Assembly (NCBI RefSeq): GCF_000315625.1
Contig: NW_005434593.1
Coordinates: 254,915-318,914, forward strand
Source: Guillardia theta CCMP2712
Taxonomy: Eukaryota; Protista; Cryptophyta
Direction: 5' to 3'
Length of the DNA: 64,000 bases
Part shown: piece by piece, positions 47,206 to 60,027 of the stretch
Numbering within the stretch: position 1 is the stretch's first letter
Layout: each line of letters opens with the position of its first letter
Notes under the pieces: generated by a model
Told to the model about the DNA's origin: nothing
Database searches by the model: none
What the model saw: the letters and a program-made list of their open reading frames with translations, nothing else
Position numbers and translations under genes: made by a program

Positions 47206-50200
47206 CTAGTTCTCAGCCATGATGTTGCGGATAGCAGCAGCAGCATGTTCCTGCACCTCTGCGTCTGCGTTGTTGAGAAGCCCCACCAGCGACGCTATGG
47301 CGCCATCCTCTACCAGCCGGACCTTCACCTCGGGGTGGAACGAGAGGTTGCGGATGATGGCGACGGCGTTCTGGAGCACGACCTTCTCCCGGGACCTGAG
47401 CAGCTGGACGGCAGGTGGGAGGCAGCCGGACTCGAACGCCCGCATCTTGATCTCGGCGTTGTAGGCGGTCAGGTTGCGGAGGAGAGCGGACGAGTGCTCC
47501 GAGATGACAAGACTCGGGGAGAGCACCAGCTTGGCCAGAGCTGGGAGGGCCCCGGCCTGCACGATCCTGGCGTCATGGTCGGAGAAGGAGGAGAGGTTGG
47601 CAAGAGCTCCTGACGCTGCGTCCTGTACCAGCGGGTCCTCAGAGGTCAGCAGGGGCACCAGGCCCTGTATGGCCCCCGCCTGAACGATCGCTGCCTCGTT
47701 GCCGCTGAGCATGGAGAGGTTCTGCAGCGCCACCGCAGCTTCCACGACCACTCTTTCCTCCTCGCACGACAGGAGCTCCACGAGAGGAGGAAGCCCTCCG
47801 TCCTTGACGATCTGTGCTCGGTTCTCGTCCGCCGAGCTCAGGTTGCGGAGCGCGACGGTGCAGTGCTCGCGCACGACTAGGTCGGGGGAGTGGAGCAGCT
47901 GGACCAGAGCGGAGAGGCCTCCCTTCTGCACGATCTTGACCTTGATCTCTGGGTTGCAAGAAAGGTTCCGCAGGCAGATCGCCGCGTGCTCTTGCGTCCT
48001 GATCGACTGGTCCTTCAGGAGCGAGACGAGGAGAGGAAGGGCCCCGGCAGCTACGATGCTCGAGTCGTTGGCCGTGTCCATGGTCAGGTTCGCCAGCGCC
48101 GCTACCACATGCTCTCTCGTCATGGCCTCGTTCACGCTCATCAGCTGGATAAGCGGCGCCAGCCCTCCCTCTTCGATGAACTTCACTTTGATGACGTCAT
48201 CAGCACTCAGGTTCCGAATGGTGGCAGCCGCCTGCTCCTGGAGGTTCTTGAGAGGGGAGCGGAGGAGGACGACGAGCGGCGAAAGCCCTCCCTCCCTCAC
48301 CACGTCCTGCCTTCCTCCAGGGTTAGCCGAGATGTTCCTCAGGGTAACTAGCGCTTCCTCCTGGACGATGGGGTCGGGGGATCGCATCAGAGCGATCAGG
48401 GGCAGGAGGCCTCCTGCCTGGATGACGCGCGTACAGTTGTCAGCGTGCACGGAGAGGTTGCGGAGGATGCCGCAGGAGTGCTGCTGGATCAGCTTGTCGG
48501 GGGACTTGAGGAGCGAGACGAGGAGGGGTATCCCTCCCTCCTGCACGATCTTGAACTTGTTCTCGTCGTGCACCGAGAGGTTTCGCAGAGTGATCGTCCC
48601 CTGCCGCTGGAAGCTCTCGCTGTTGTAGCGGAGCAGCGCGAGGAGGGGAGGAATTCCTCCCTCCTCCATGATCTTGATCTCGTTCGCCGGCTCCACCGAG
48701 AGGTTCCTGATCGCAACCGCCGCCTGCTCCTGCACCCGCTCGTTGGGGGAGCGGAGCAGGCCTATCAGCAGCGGCATCCCCCCCTCCTCCACGATCTTCT
48801 CCGCGTTGTCTGCGTTTACACTCAAGTTCGCCAGCGTCCCTGCCGCATGTTCCTGCACGTCCTCGTTGAACGACCACAGGAGGGCGATCAGCGGCGGCAA
48901 GCATCCTTCCTCCACCATCCTGTACCGGTTGTCCACGTTCTTGGACAGGTTCTGCAGCACCATGGCGACCTGCGCCTGAATCTCCTCATGCGGGGAGCTG
49001 AGCAGGGCGATCAGCGGGGGAATACCTCCCAGCGCTGCCATCCTTTGCTTGTTGACGTTGGACACGCTCAGGTTCCTCAGGCAGCCCGCCACCTGCTCCT
49101 GGACCCTCTGCTCGGGGGAGGAGAGCAGGCGGATCAAGGGCTCTAGAGCTCCCTCCTGCACTATCATCTGATCGTTCTCTGTGTTGACGGAGATGTTGCG
49201 CAAGACGGCAGCGGCATGTTCTTGCAGATCGCGATCGTCGATGGAAAGGAGGGCGATCAGGGGAGGAAGCCCTCCTTCCATCACCACCTTGAGCTCGTTG
49301 GGCCCGTTCCCTGTGATGTTGCGCAGCGCTAGGCACGCGTTCTCCTGGATCTTCTTGGAGGGGGAGCGAAGCAGCTGGACGAGGGGAGGTATCCCTCCCT
49401 CCTCTATCACCCTCGCTGAGTTCTCAGCGTTGACGGCCAGGTTGCGGATCGCAGCGCACGCCTGCTCCTGTACCGCCTGCTGGTTGGTTCGGATGAGGCC
49501 GATGAGCGGCGCTAGCCCTCCCTCCAGCACGATCCTCCTCTTGTTCTCTGCGTTGGCGCTCAGGTTGCGGATGGCGCCAGCCGCGTGCTCCTGGACGCTC
49601 TCGTTGGTGGAGCGGAGAAGGGCGACGAGGGGAGCCAGGATCCCGCGCTCGACCATGAGGGAGTCATGTGCTGACTTGGTGGAGATGTTGCGGATGGCGA
49701 CAACGCTGGAGAGAAGAGTGAGAGAGGAGAGGAGAGGAGAGGAGAGGAGAGGAGAGGAGAGGAGAGGAGAGAAGGGAAGGGGAGTGAGGAGCGGAATGGC
49801 AGGACAATCGATAGCGGGGCAGGTGTATGAGGAGAGGGGAGGGAGGAAAATAAAGGAGGAGGAAAAGGGGAGGGAGGAAGAAGAGGAGGAGGGAGAAGCG
49901 AGGAGGAGAGGGAAGGGAGATAGATAAGGGAAAAGGAGGAGCCATGACGATGGAGGGAGGTAGAGGAAGAAGGTAAACCAGGAGGAAGGAAGGAGGGGAA
50001 CAAAAAGGGAGGGAAAGGAGGACTGAGGGAGGGAGGGAGGGAAGGAGGAACAGAGGGAGAGAACAAAGGATAGAAGCAGCAGGGAGGGTGTCAGGTAAGA
50101 AGGGGAGGGAGTGGAGCAGAGTGTTCCTCCTTACCTCAAGCTCGAACGCCTCGTTCGCCGAGATGTTCCGCAGCGCCACGAGCGCCTGCTCCTGCACCAG

Positions 50201-53200
50201 AGGCTCGTCTGAGGTGCAGAGGGCGACGAGGGGCCCGACGACTGCAGCCTCAACAAGGGAGCCATGGTTGTTGGAGTTGACGGAGAGGTTGCGGATGCAG
50301 CCAGCCGCCTGCTGCTGGATGGCCTTGTAGGGGGACCGGAGGCTCTCGCAGATGGGGGGGAGGCGCGAGCATCGATGATTTTGGCCTCGTTGTCTGCGTT
50401 GGCCGCCAGGTTGCGCAGGCAGACGAGCACGTGCTCCTTGATCTTGTCGCTTTCCGAAGTGAGGAGGTCGACGAGAGGAGGAAGTCCTCCCTCCTTCACG
50501 ATCCTGACCTTGCTCTGCACGTTGACGGACAGGTTGCGGAGGATGACAGCTGCCTGCTCCTGGATCCTCGGCTCGAGGGAGCGGATCAGCGCAATCAGCG
50601 GCGGCATACCTCCTTCCCGCACGAACTTGACCTTGTTCTCAGGGTGCAGAGTGATGTTCCTCAAGATCGCCATGACGCAATCGCGCAGGAAGTCGTCGGT
50701 GGTGGTCATGGTAGCAATGAGGACGGGGAGCGCTCCTTCTTGGACAATCGCCAGCTCGTTCTCAGGGTTCACCGACAGGTTCTGCAGCGCGCTGGCAGCA
50801 TGGATGCGGACTTTGTCGTTCTGGGAGCGGAGGAGCGCGATGAGAGGCGGGAGCCCTCCCTCCCTCGCGATCTTCACTTGGTTGGTGCTGTCCATGGACA
50901 GGTTCTGCATCAGCACTGCTGCGTGCTCCTGAGCTTGCTCGTTGGTGGAGGAGCGGAGCAGCGCGATGAAGTAGGGCAGTCCTCCCTCCCGCACCATGTC
51001 TGCCTTGTTCTGCGCGTTGATGGAGAGGTGGCGGAGGACGATGGCGGCATGCTCGTAGATGATCTCGTGTGGGGAGCGGAGCAGCGCAAAGAGAGGAACG
51101 AGGGCGCTTTCCCGCACTATCGCCTCCTCGTTCTCCGGGTCGGTGGAGAGGTTACGAAGGGTGATCACGGCGCTCTCCTGGACCTTGAGATTGACCGAGC
51201 GCAGGAGGCCGACGATAGGGATGAGTCCTCCCTCCTTGACGATCCTGACCTTGTTCTGCGGGTTGATGCTCAGGTTGCGGATCGCGACGATCGCCTGCTC
51301 CTGGACGGAGGGGTTGGGGGAGCGGAGGAGGTGGACGAGAGGAGGGACTACCCCGTCCCTGACCAGCTTCACGTCCAGGGAGGGGTTGGCGGAGAGGTTG
51401 CGGATGGTAGTCACGGCCTGCTCTGCCACGTCATCCTCCGGGTTCGACATAAGGGCGATGAGGGGAGGGAGGGCCCCGTCGCGCACGATCTGGATCTGGT
51501 AGGCGTCGATGACCGTCAGGTTGCGCAGGACGCCAGCGACGTGCGGGAGGACAAGCTCGTGCTTGGAGCTCAGCAGGTCCACGCACGCCGCGAGTCCTCC
51601 CTCCTTGGCGATCTTGTCCTTGTTGTTGGCGGGGACGGAGAGGTTGCGGAGGAGGACGGAGGCGTGCTCTAGCGTCCCGGCGTCGGTGGACTTGAGGAGG
51701 AGGATGACAGCAGAGAGTCCTCCCTCGTCCACGATGTCCTCCCTCGCCTCCTCGTTGACCGAGATGTTTCTCAGGGCCCCGCAGGCCTGGCGAGCGATGA
51801 GGACGTTGCGGGAGCGGAGGAGCTTGATCAGAGGGGGAAGAGCACCCTCTTGAACGATCTTCAGCTCGTTCTCAGGATGCGTCGACAGATTCCACACCGT
51901 CCCTGTAGCATGCTCCTGTATCGCCTCTCTGTCGAAGCGGAGGAGCGTCAGGACAGGCAGGAGGCCGCCCTCCGCCACGAGCTTCAGCTTGTTCTCGTCC
52001 ACGAGCGTGATGTTCCTGAGCGCCCCGATCGCCTGCTCCACCGTCGACTCGTTTCGGGAGCTGAGCAGGGAGATCAGAGGGACGAGCCCACCGTCCCGCA
52101 CGATGTTGTGCTGATTGACGATGCTCCCTGCCGACAGGTTATGGATAGAGAAGGCCGCGAGCTCCTGGATCTTGTCAACGTTGGACTTGAGGAGGAGGAT
52201 GAGTGGGGGTATCCCTCCCTCCTTGGAGATCCTGTTCTTGTTCTCGGGTATCACTGACAGGTTCCGGAGGGCCCCGACCGCCTGCTCCTGCACGGTCTTG
52301 ATCTCGTGGCGGAGGAGGTAGATGAGGGGAGGAAGGGCTCCCTCTGCCACCACCTTCGCCTCGCACTCATCGTGGACGGAGAGGTTGCGGATGGCAACGG
52401 CAGCATGCTCCTGGATCTTGGGGTCATGGTGGCGCAGCATGCCGATCAGTGGAGGAAGAGCGTCGTTCTCCATGATGGTGATGACGTTGTCGAGCGCCAT
52501 GGACAGGTTCCGGATGCAGACCACCGTGTGCTCTTGGATGATCTGGAGCGGGGAGCGCATAAGGCCAACCAGCGGCTCCATCACTCCGTCCTGCACCATC
52601 TGCAGTTTGCAGCGAGGGTGCATGGAGAGGTTGCGGAGGGCAACGGCGGCATGCTCCTGGATTCTCTCGTTGAGAGAGCGGAGGAGCTCGATCAGAGGAG
52701 GAAGTACCCCCTCCTCCATCATCGGGATCTCGTTGGCCTCGTTCATGGACAGGTTCCGGATGATCCCGACGCACTGCTCCTGCACCTTCTTGTTTGGGCT
52801 GCGCAGACAGTCCTTAAGGGGAGCTATACCTCCCTCGGACACGATCTTCCCCTGGTTCCTCTCGTTCGTGCTCAGGCTCCACAGGGCCGACGCCGCCTGC
52901 TCCTGGGTGCTCTCGCTGGTGGAGCGGAGGAGGGCGATAAGCAGCGCAATCCCTCCCTCCCCAGCGACGGAGTCCTCGTTCTCCCCGGAGAGGTTGCGGA
53001 TCGCTCCTGCCGCTGCTTCCTGGATCTTGTCGACGGGGGAGCGGAGGAGGGAGGTCAGGCGAGGAAGGGCTCCCTCTGCAACGATCCTCGCTCTGTTCTC
53101 CGGGCTGGCGGAGAGGTTGCGCATACACATGACGGCCTGCTCGACGACCAGCTCGTCGGGAGAGCGGAGGAGAGCGATAAGAGGAGGAAGGGCCCCGTCG

Positions 53201-56200
53201 TTGACGATCCTTATCTTGTTCATGGGGTTCGAGGACAAGTTGGCCAGCGCACCCGCTGCATGCTCCTGCAAGTCCTCGTTGGGGACGCGGAGGAGGTTGA
53301 TGATAGGAGCAAGAGCTCCTTCTGCCACGATGTCGACCTCGTTCTGCTCGTTGACGGACAGGTTGCGGATGGCGACGACGGCATGCTCCTGGAGCCGCTC
53401 GTTCTGAGTGAGCATGAGGTCGACCAGGGGAGGAAGCCCTCCCTCCTGCACGATCATGACTTCGTTCTCCGCGTTGAGCGACAAGTTGCGAAGGGTGACG
53501 ACCGCGTGCTCCTGGATGCGCTCGTAGGGGGAGCGGAGGAGGGAGATGAGAGGGGGGAGGGCCCCCTCCCCGACGATCATGACCTTGTTGTCGCTGTTGA
53601 CTGACAGGTTGCGCAGCGTGACGACGGCATGCTCCTGGATGTTAGGATCGGGGTAGCCAAGGAGGTAGATGAGCGGAGGAAGCCCTCCCTCCCTGACGAC
53701 CTTGATGTCGTTCTCGTCGTTCATGGACAGGTTCCTGATACATCCCGCCGCCTGCTCCACGACGTTCTCGTTGGGGGAGCGGAGGAGGGAGACTAGGAGC
53801 TGAAGCCCATCCTCCTGTACGATCTTGATCTGGTTCTCCTCCGACACACTGAGCGACCAGAGTGTCCCCGCCGCCTGCTCGACGACCCGCATGTTGGTGG
53901 AGCGGAGGATGCCGATGAGGGGAGGAAGGCCTCCCAGCCTGACGATCTTGATCTTGTTCTCGTCCGTGGTTGAGATGTTGCGGATGGCGAGCACGGCAAG
54001 TTCCTGTATCTTCTCGTTGGCGTGGCGGAGGAGCGTGATCAGGGAGGGAAGTCCTCCTTCCTGCACGATCCTAGGGCGGTTGTCGGCGTTGACTGACAGC
54101 GACCAGATGGTCCCACACGCCTGCTCCTGGATGTTCTCGTCCTGGGAGCGGAGGAGCGCGATGAGGGGCGGGAGGGCTCCTTCGTCGACGATGTAGACCT
54201 TGTTGTCCGCGTTCACCGAAAGGTTACGCAGCGCGACTACCCCCTGGGCCTGGACCTTCTTGTTTCTTGATCGGAGCAGCTCGATGAGAGCTGGGAGTCC
54301 TCCCACCTGAACGATCCTGATCTTGTTGTTGGCGTTCACCGAGAGGTTCTGCAGGCAGACCGCCACGTGCTCCTGGACCTCGTCGATGGGGCAGGAGAGG
54401 AGCTCGACGAGGAGGGGAAGGGCACCAGCCCTTTCGATCTCCTCCTTGTTCTGCGCGTTCATGGACAGGTGCCGTAGGGCCTCGGACGCGTAGATTAGCG
54501 TCTGCTCGTTGGGGGACTTGAGGAGGGAGATTATGGACCCAAGCGCTCCCTCCTGCTGGATCTTGACCTTGTTCTCAGCGTTCATGGCCAGCTGACAGAT
54601 CGCACCCATCGACTGTTCCTGCACGAGGTCGTTGGAGGAGGACAGGAGGCCGATCAGGGGCGCGATGCCTCCCCGCTGCGCTATCCTCACTTTGTTCTCA
54701 GGGTTGGTCGCCAAGTTCATGATGGCAGCAGTGGCGAGCTCGAGCAGGCGGAGGTTGAAGCAGCTTAGGAGCGCAATCAGCGGAGGGAGCCCGCCCTCTC
54801 GCACGATCTTGACCTTGTTCTCAGCGTTCTCGGACAGGTTGTGGACGACGACGGCCGAGTGCTCCTGCAGCTCCTCGTCGGGGCTGGAGAGTAGGGCGAT
54901 GAGGGGCGGTAGACCTCCCTCCCTCACCACCGCCACCTCGTTCTCGTCGTTGACCGCGATGTTCTGCAGAGTTTGACACGCCTGGACTTGAACTCTCTTG
55001 TCCCTCGAGCGGAGGAGAGCGATAAGATGAGGCAGGGCCCCTTCGATCACGATCTTGACCTTGTTGTCATTGTTGACCGACAGGTTCCTCAGAGCTCCGG
55101 CCGCGTGCTCTTGGATCCGCTCGACCGGGCTCTGGAGCAGCTTGATGAGGGGAGGAAGCGCTCCCTCCTGCACGATCTTGATCTCGTTCTCGTCGTTGAC
55201 GGACAAGTTGCGTATGCAAACTACCGCCTGCTCCTGCACCGCCGCGTTCTGGCTGTGGAGGAGGGCGACGAGAGGCGGGAGGCCGAGGTTCTGAACGATA
55301 AGGTTCTGGTTCTCGGCATTGACCGACAAACTTCGCAGCGCACCAGCCGCATGCTCTTGTGCCCGCTCGTTCATCGAGTGTAGCAGGGCGATGAGGGGGA
55401 CCAGCCCTCCCTCCTCTACGATCAGCACCTTGTTCTCCGCGTTGACCGCCAGGTTCCTCAGCGTCCATCCCGCCAGCTCCCTGATGCTCTCCTCCCTCGA
55501 CCGCAGCAGCGCTATGATGTGAGGCAGTCCTCCCTCCTGCACAACCCTGACCTTGTTGTCAGGGTTGACGGAGAGGTCGCGGATACATCCCAGCGCCTGC
55601 TCCTGAACCCGACGCTCGGAGGAGCGGAGGAGTGTAATGCAAGGGTGTAGAGCCCCTGCCTGCACGATCTTGACACGGTTCTCGGCGTTCATCGAGAGGT
55701 TCCACAAGGCCCCAGCCGCTTGCTCGTCCACATCGTCGTTGCTGAAGCAGAGGAGCGAAACCAGCGGCTGGATCGCACCCTCCTGTGCTATCCTCACCTT
55801 GTTCTCTACGTTCATGGCCAAGTTGCGTACGGCTCCTGCCGCCTGCGCCTGGATCTTGTGGTCCGAAGAGCGGAGGAGCGCGATGATAGGAGCAAGACCT
55901 CCGTCCTGCACGATGTTGACCTGGTTGTCGCTGTTCTCCGCGCAGAACCTCAGGGCAGCGCACGCCTGCTCCTGCATCTTGGGGTCGAAGCTCCGGAGGA
56001 GGGCGATCAGGGGAGGGAGTCCTCCCTCCTGGGAGATCTTGACCTGGTTCGTGGAGTTGGTGGAGAGGTTGCGGATGGCGATGACGGCGCTGGCCTGGAT
56101 CTTGCTGTCGCCAGAGCGGAGGAGGGCGATAAGGGGAGGGAGTCCTCCCTCCTGCACTATCCTGACCTCGTTCTCGCTGTTCATCGAGCAATTTCTCAGC

Positions 56201-57290
56201 GTAATGGCCGAGGCTTCCTGCAACTTGGCATTCGCCGAGTGTAGGAGGCCGATCAGAGCCGGTAGAGCTCCACGCTGAACGATCTTGACCTGGTTGTCTG
56301 TGTTTGAGGACAAGTTCCTGAGTGTGATACATGACTCCTCCTGGACCCTCTTGTTAGTCGATCGCAGCAGGTTGATCAGCGGCGTCAGCCCTCCCTCCTC
56401 CACCACCAGCGCCTTGTTCTCTGCGTTGGCAGAGGAGAGGGTGTTGATAATAGCCGTCGCCTGCTCCTGGATCTTATCGTCCCTGCTGCGCAGCAGCGAC
56501 ACCAGAGGGCCGATCACTCCCTCCTCCACCATCCTCTCGCAGTTGGACTGGATCACCGACAGGTTCCGCAAGCACATGGCCGCCTGCTCCACCACCTTCT
56601 TATCCTGAGAGGTGAGCAGGTCGATGAGGGGGATCAGAACTCCGGCGTCCACCATCTTCAGCCCGATCGCCTCGTTCACCGCCAAGTTTCTCAGCGCCGA
56701 GGCCCCGAGCTCCTGCGTCTTGGGGTCGTCGGACTCGAGGAGGTTGATGAGGGAGGGTAGCGCATTCTCCTGTAAGATCTTCTCCTTGTTGAGAGGGTTG
56801 ACGGCAAGGTTCCTGATACACCCACATGCTTGCTTCGCTACCTCCGGGTTGGGGGAGTTCAGCAGCCCTATGAGCGGAGAGAGCCCTCCCTCCTGCACGA
56901 TGCTGAGCTTGTTCTCTGCAAGCACCGAGAGCGAGTACAAACACCCAGCAGCCTGCCAGCAGTTGTCAACTCCGATGTCGCTGCCAGTCATGCACGCACC
57001 TGCTCCTGGCTCCCTTCGTCGGCACTTCGCAGCATGCGAATGAGGAGGGGGAGGCCGCCCCTCTCCACGATCTTGATCTTGTTCTCGGTGGTCACCGAGA
57101 GAGACCATAGTGCTGCTGCTGCTCCTTGCTGGACCGTCTCCTCTGCCGATCGCAGCAGCTCCACCACGGGAGCGATGCCCTGGTCTTGCCCTACCTTGAT
57201 GAGATGCTCCGCTGTGCCAACGGCTCAGGGGAGGGAGAGCAGGAGGGTCGAGAGCTTACCGGACGCATTCTTGGAAGCTCTTCCAGCCAT
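47206..57290 (-). CDS. Giant armadillo-repeat protein (~3100 aa, roughly 75 repeats of ~41 aa, Vac8-like consensus)
   Basis: Repeats of EGGLPPLIALLRS....QEQAA.A(L/I)RNLS. First exon MAGRASKNAS; introns at ~57213-57260 and ~56955-57000; frame break at ~50362; discontinuity at 49707-50134. Confidence 0.9.
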
Positions 57291-57737
57291 CTTGAAGCTT
57301 CCTTACTTGGCAATCACAAGTCCTTCTTATCAGAGTCTAACTGTGTTGCACTCAAGTCTCGCCGACAGCATGGACAAAGTCATCTGAAGGAACGCTCAGC
57401 GTTTAGCTTGTGAGAAACGTTAGCATTCATGAAACCATGGAATGACTATCTTTGAATCGATTCCTCTCCTCACTTTTTCCTTCCGCTCCTGTTCTTCTTC
57501 CTGTTCTCCTCCACTCCTGCTTCTCTTGTACTCCTCCTCCTCCTCCAACACCGCAAATGCGTAATTATTTGGTCTCAGGGGGCAAAGCAGCGATAATGTT
57601 TGGCGTGTTGCCACTGGTCTCTTCATCTCCTATTGAGATCCCTTTTATCGTAGTCTTGCGATTCTTGCTTCTTACCCTTGATGTCTGGCCTTCCGACGGA
57701 GGGGAGACGCTACTTCCTTGGGGATATGGGAGATGTG

Positions 57738-57837
57738 NNNNNNNNNNNNNNNNNNNNNNNNNNNNNNNNNNNNNNNNNNNNNNNNNNNNNNNNNNNNNNN
57801 NNNNNNNNNNNNNNNNNNNNNNNNNNNNNNNNNNNNN
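57738..57837. other. Assembly gap (100 N) abutting a (TCC)n tract
   Basis: Run of N. Confidence 1.
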
Positions 57838-57959
57838 TCCTCCTCCTCCTCCTCCTCCTCCTCCTCCTCCTCCTCCTCCTCCTCCTCCTCCTCCTCCTCC
57901 TCCTCCTCCTCCTCCTCCTCCTCTTCCTCCTGTGCCATTGCTATGAGGCGCCTGCCATG

Positions 57960-58240
57960 CTGTTTGATTTTCAGTTGGGGGTCGAGGGTAGGGTACATTC
58001 GAAATTTTCAGGGTAGGGTGATCCTGTTTTGAATGTGGGGGGTTCTAGTTTGTGATTTTATGGGGTACTTAGTCCCTAAGAGTGTGAAGTACCCGGTTCT
58101 GAATCTCAAATTATTGGGGTATCTACGCAATTATGATCGACTCCTCTGTGGTAGGGTACAACGTGACGAGACCTTTCCAGTAGGTAGGGTACAAAGTGAA
58201 TGGTTGTGGGTCAAAGTGAGAGGGTAGGGGTGGTGGTCAG
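57960..58240. promoter_or_regulatory. GGGTA(C)-rich block between the divergent ARM and BRCT genes
   Basis: Multiple GGGTAC/GGGTAG words and AGTACCC. Confidence 0.4.
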
Positions 58241-58385
58241 TTGGAGACAGAGTGGGTGCAAAGGAGAACGAGAGCGAGAAAGCGAACGAGGACGGGACCG
58301 AAAGCGCAGAGTTCTGCCCTCCCTGCCATCGACATGCACGGAGAACAGCAAGGGCAAGCCTTACCATCCCACAGCCAACACTCCC

Positions 58386-59382
58386 ATGGCTCCAGGAAGC
58401 GGAAGAGAAGAGTTCGACTTACTATCAGCGGCGTCAACGAGGTTTCGATTGATTTCAAGGAGCCCGAAGCATCTGCTGAGCGAGGTCAACCACGAGACTC
58501 TCAAGCAAGGGAGCTCAGAGAGGAAGAAGAGGAGGAGGCGGAGCATGAAGGAATTCGGCGACGAGCAGACTGCGCGGAACACGAACTTCCCGGGTTGATC
58601 GACTCGGGAGGACATGTAAAACATGATGTACAAGAACATCTCGAGTCTAAGAGGAAGGTTGCGAACGACTTTCGAGCGCTGTTCTCCAAGGAAGGCTCGA
58701 CGAAAGAAATCAGCGGAGCGGGGCAGGAAACGACAAGAAGAGGATTTTTGCGATCAGGTTCAACGGAGTGGAGAACCAACATGGTCCGAGCATGTCCGAC
58801 CACATGGAAGAGAAGATGAGGTGGAAAGGAGGCGAGAGATGTTGTGAGGAGGACGATAAAGATGAGGAAGGGGGAGGAGGGAGGGGGAGGAGCAAGGGGG
58901 GAGGAGGGGGGGACGAAGGAAGGAAGGAGGAGGAAGAGAGTAGCGACTGAAGCTGCTCTCAGGTACAAGGGATATTTCGATATGCGGAACCAGAAGTTGA
59001 GGGAGAATCAGCATTCGTCGATAGGCAGCACTACTTTCCACCTCACCACCAAGCAGCACAAGATGGGTAAGGTGGTGAGCAGCGCACCCCCCCCCTCTCC
59101 CCCCGACGTCCGCCACAACACCACCAACGATGAGCGGCGCGTCCTCCTCCTCCTCCTCCTCCTCCTCCTCCTCCTCCTCCTCCTCCTCCTTTTCTCAACC
59201 CAAGCCCCTTTTCCTGCTCAAAAGTTTTGTTCTTCTCCTCTCTCCCTCCTTCTCACTCCTCGCGCGCAGGGCGTGGAAGGGTCCCATGCCTCCATCTACC
59301 GCAAGCTGTGCAAAGAAAAGATCTGCAATGAAGAGAAGAAAGAAGTCAATCCGAAAAATGCTCCACACGACAGAGAGTCACA

Positions 59383-59414
<32 letters not shown>

Positions 59415-59923
59415 AATCGAACAAAGTCTACGAAGCCCCGCCCATCTTTGCTGGAGTTGTTGCGTACCTCGATGGGAGAACAGGGCGGTACTCTGCTCTC
59501 CACCTTACCAAACTTGTTCAGCTACATGGTAAAGTGCAAACAAGTCTTGCATATCAACGAGTTGAGCAAGACTGCACAACAGGTGGTGAATGTAACATAT
59601 CCCTAGGAAAAAGAACAGTTACCCATGTGATCTGCGAGAATCTTTGCGGTGATGAGAGTGAAACGTTGACATGTTAGGAGGTGTGAGATGCGATGAACAG
59701 GCTCGAAGCTGCACAAGGCCATCAATGCAGGCCGTCATGCGCAGAAGCTGCAATTTGTTCGACCTGAATGGATTCTTGAATCTATCAGTGGTGAGTGTAT
59801 GGAATCTTTGAAAGATTGTGTTGTTGAGGAAGTTTTACAGCAAGAAAGAGATTACGGGAAGTGAATTTCTCCATTCTCAAAGATTCTTCAGCGCAGAAAC
59901 TTGAGAGCGTATGGAAGATATAA
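58386..59923 (+). CDS. Stand-alone REV1-type BRCT-domain protein, multi-exon
   Basis: GYFDMRNQKLREN; IFAGVVAYLDGRTG..LTKLVQLHGGE..VTHVICENL..SK..FVRPEWILESI..KRL. Confidence 0.8.
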
Positions 59924-60027
59924 TGGTGTATATGGTGATGCTGATGCTGATGTTGAGACAGCATGAGCTGTTTGTACGATAGTAGAGATATTCTTTCAAT
60001 GCTGTGAATAGATTTAACAAGCAATAG

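Noticed and set aside
47219-57043. Many plus-strand ORFs across the ARM gene
   Set aside because: Shadow ORFs caused by codon bias
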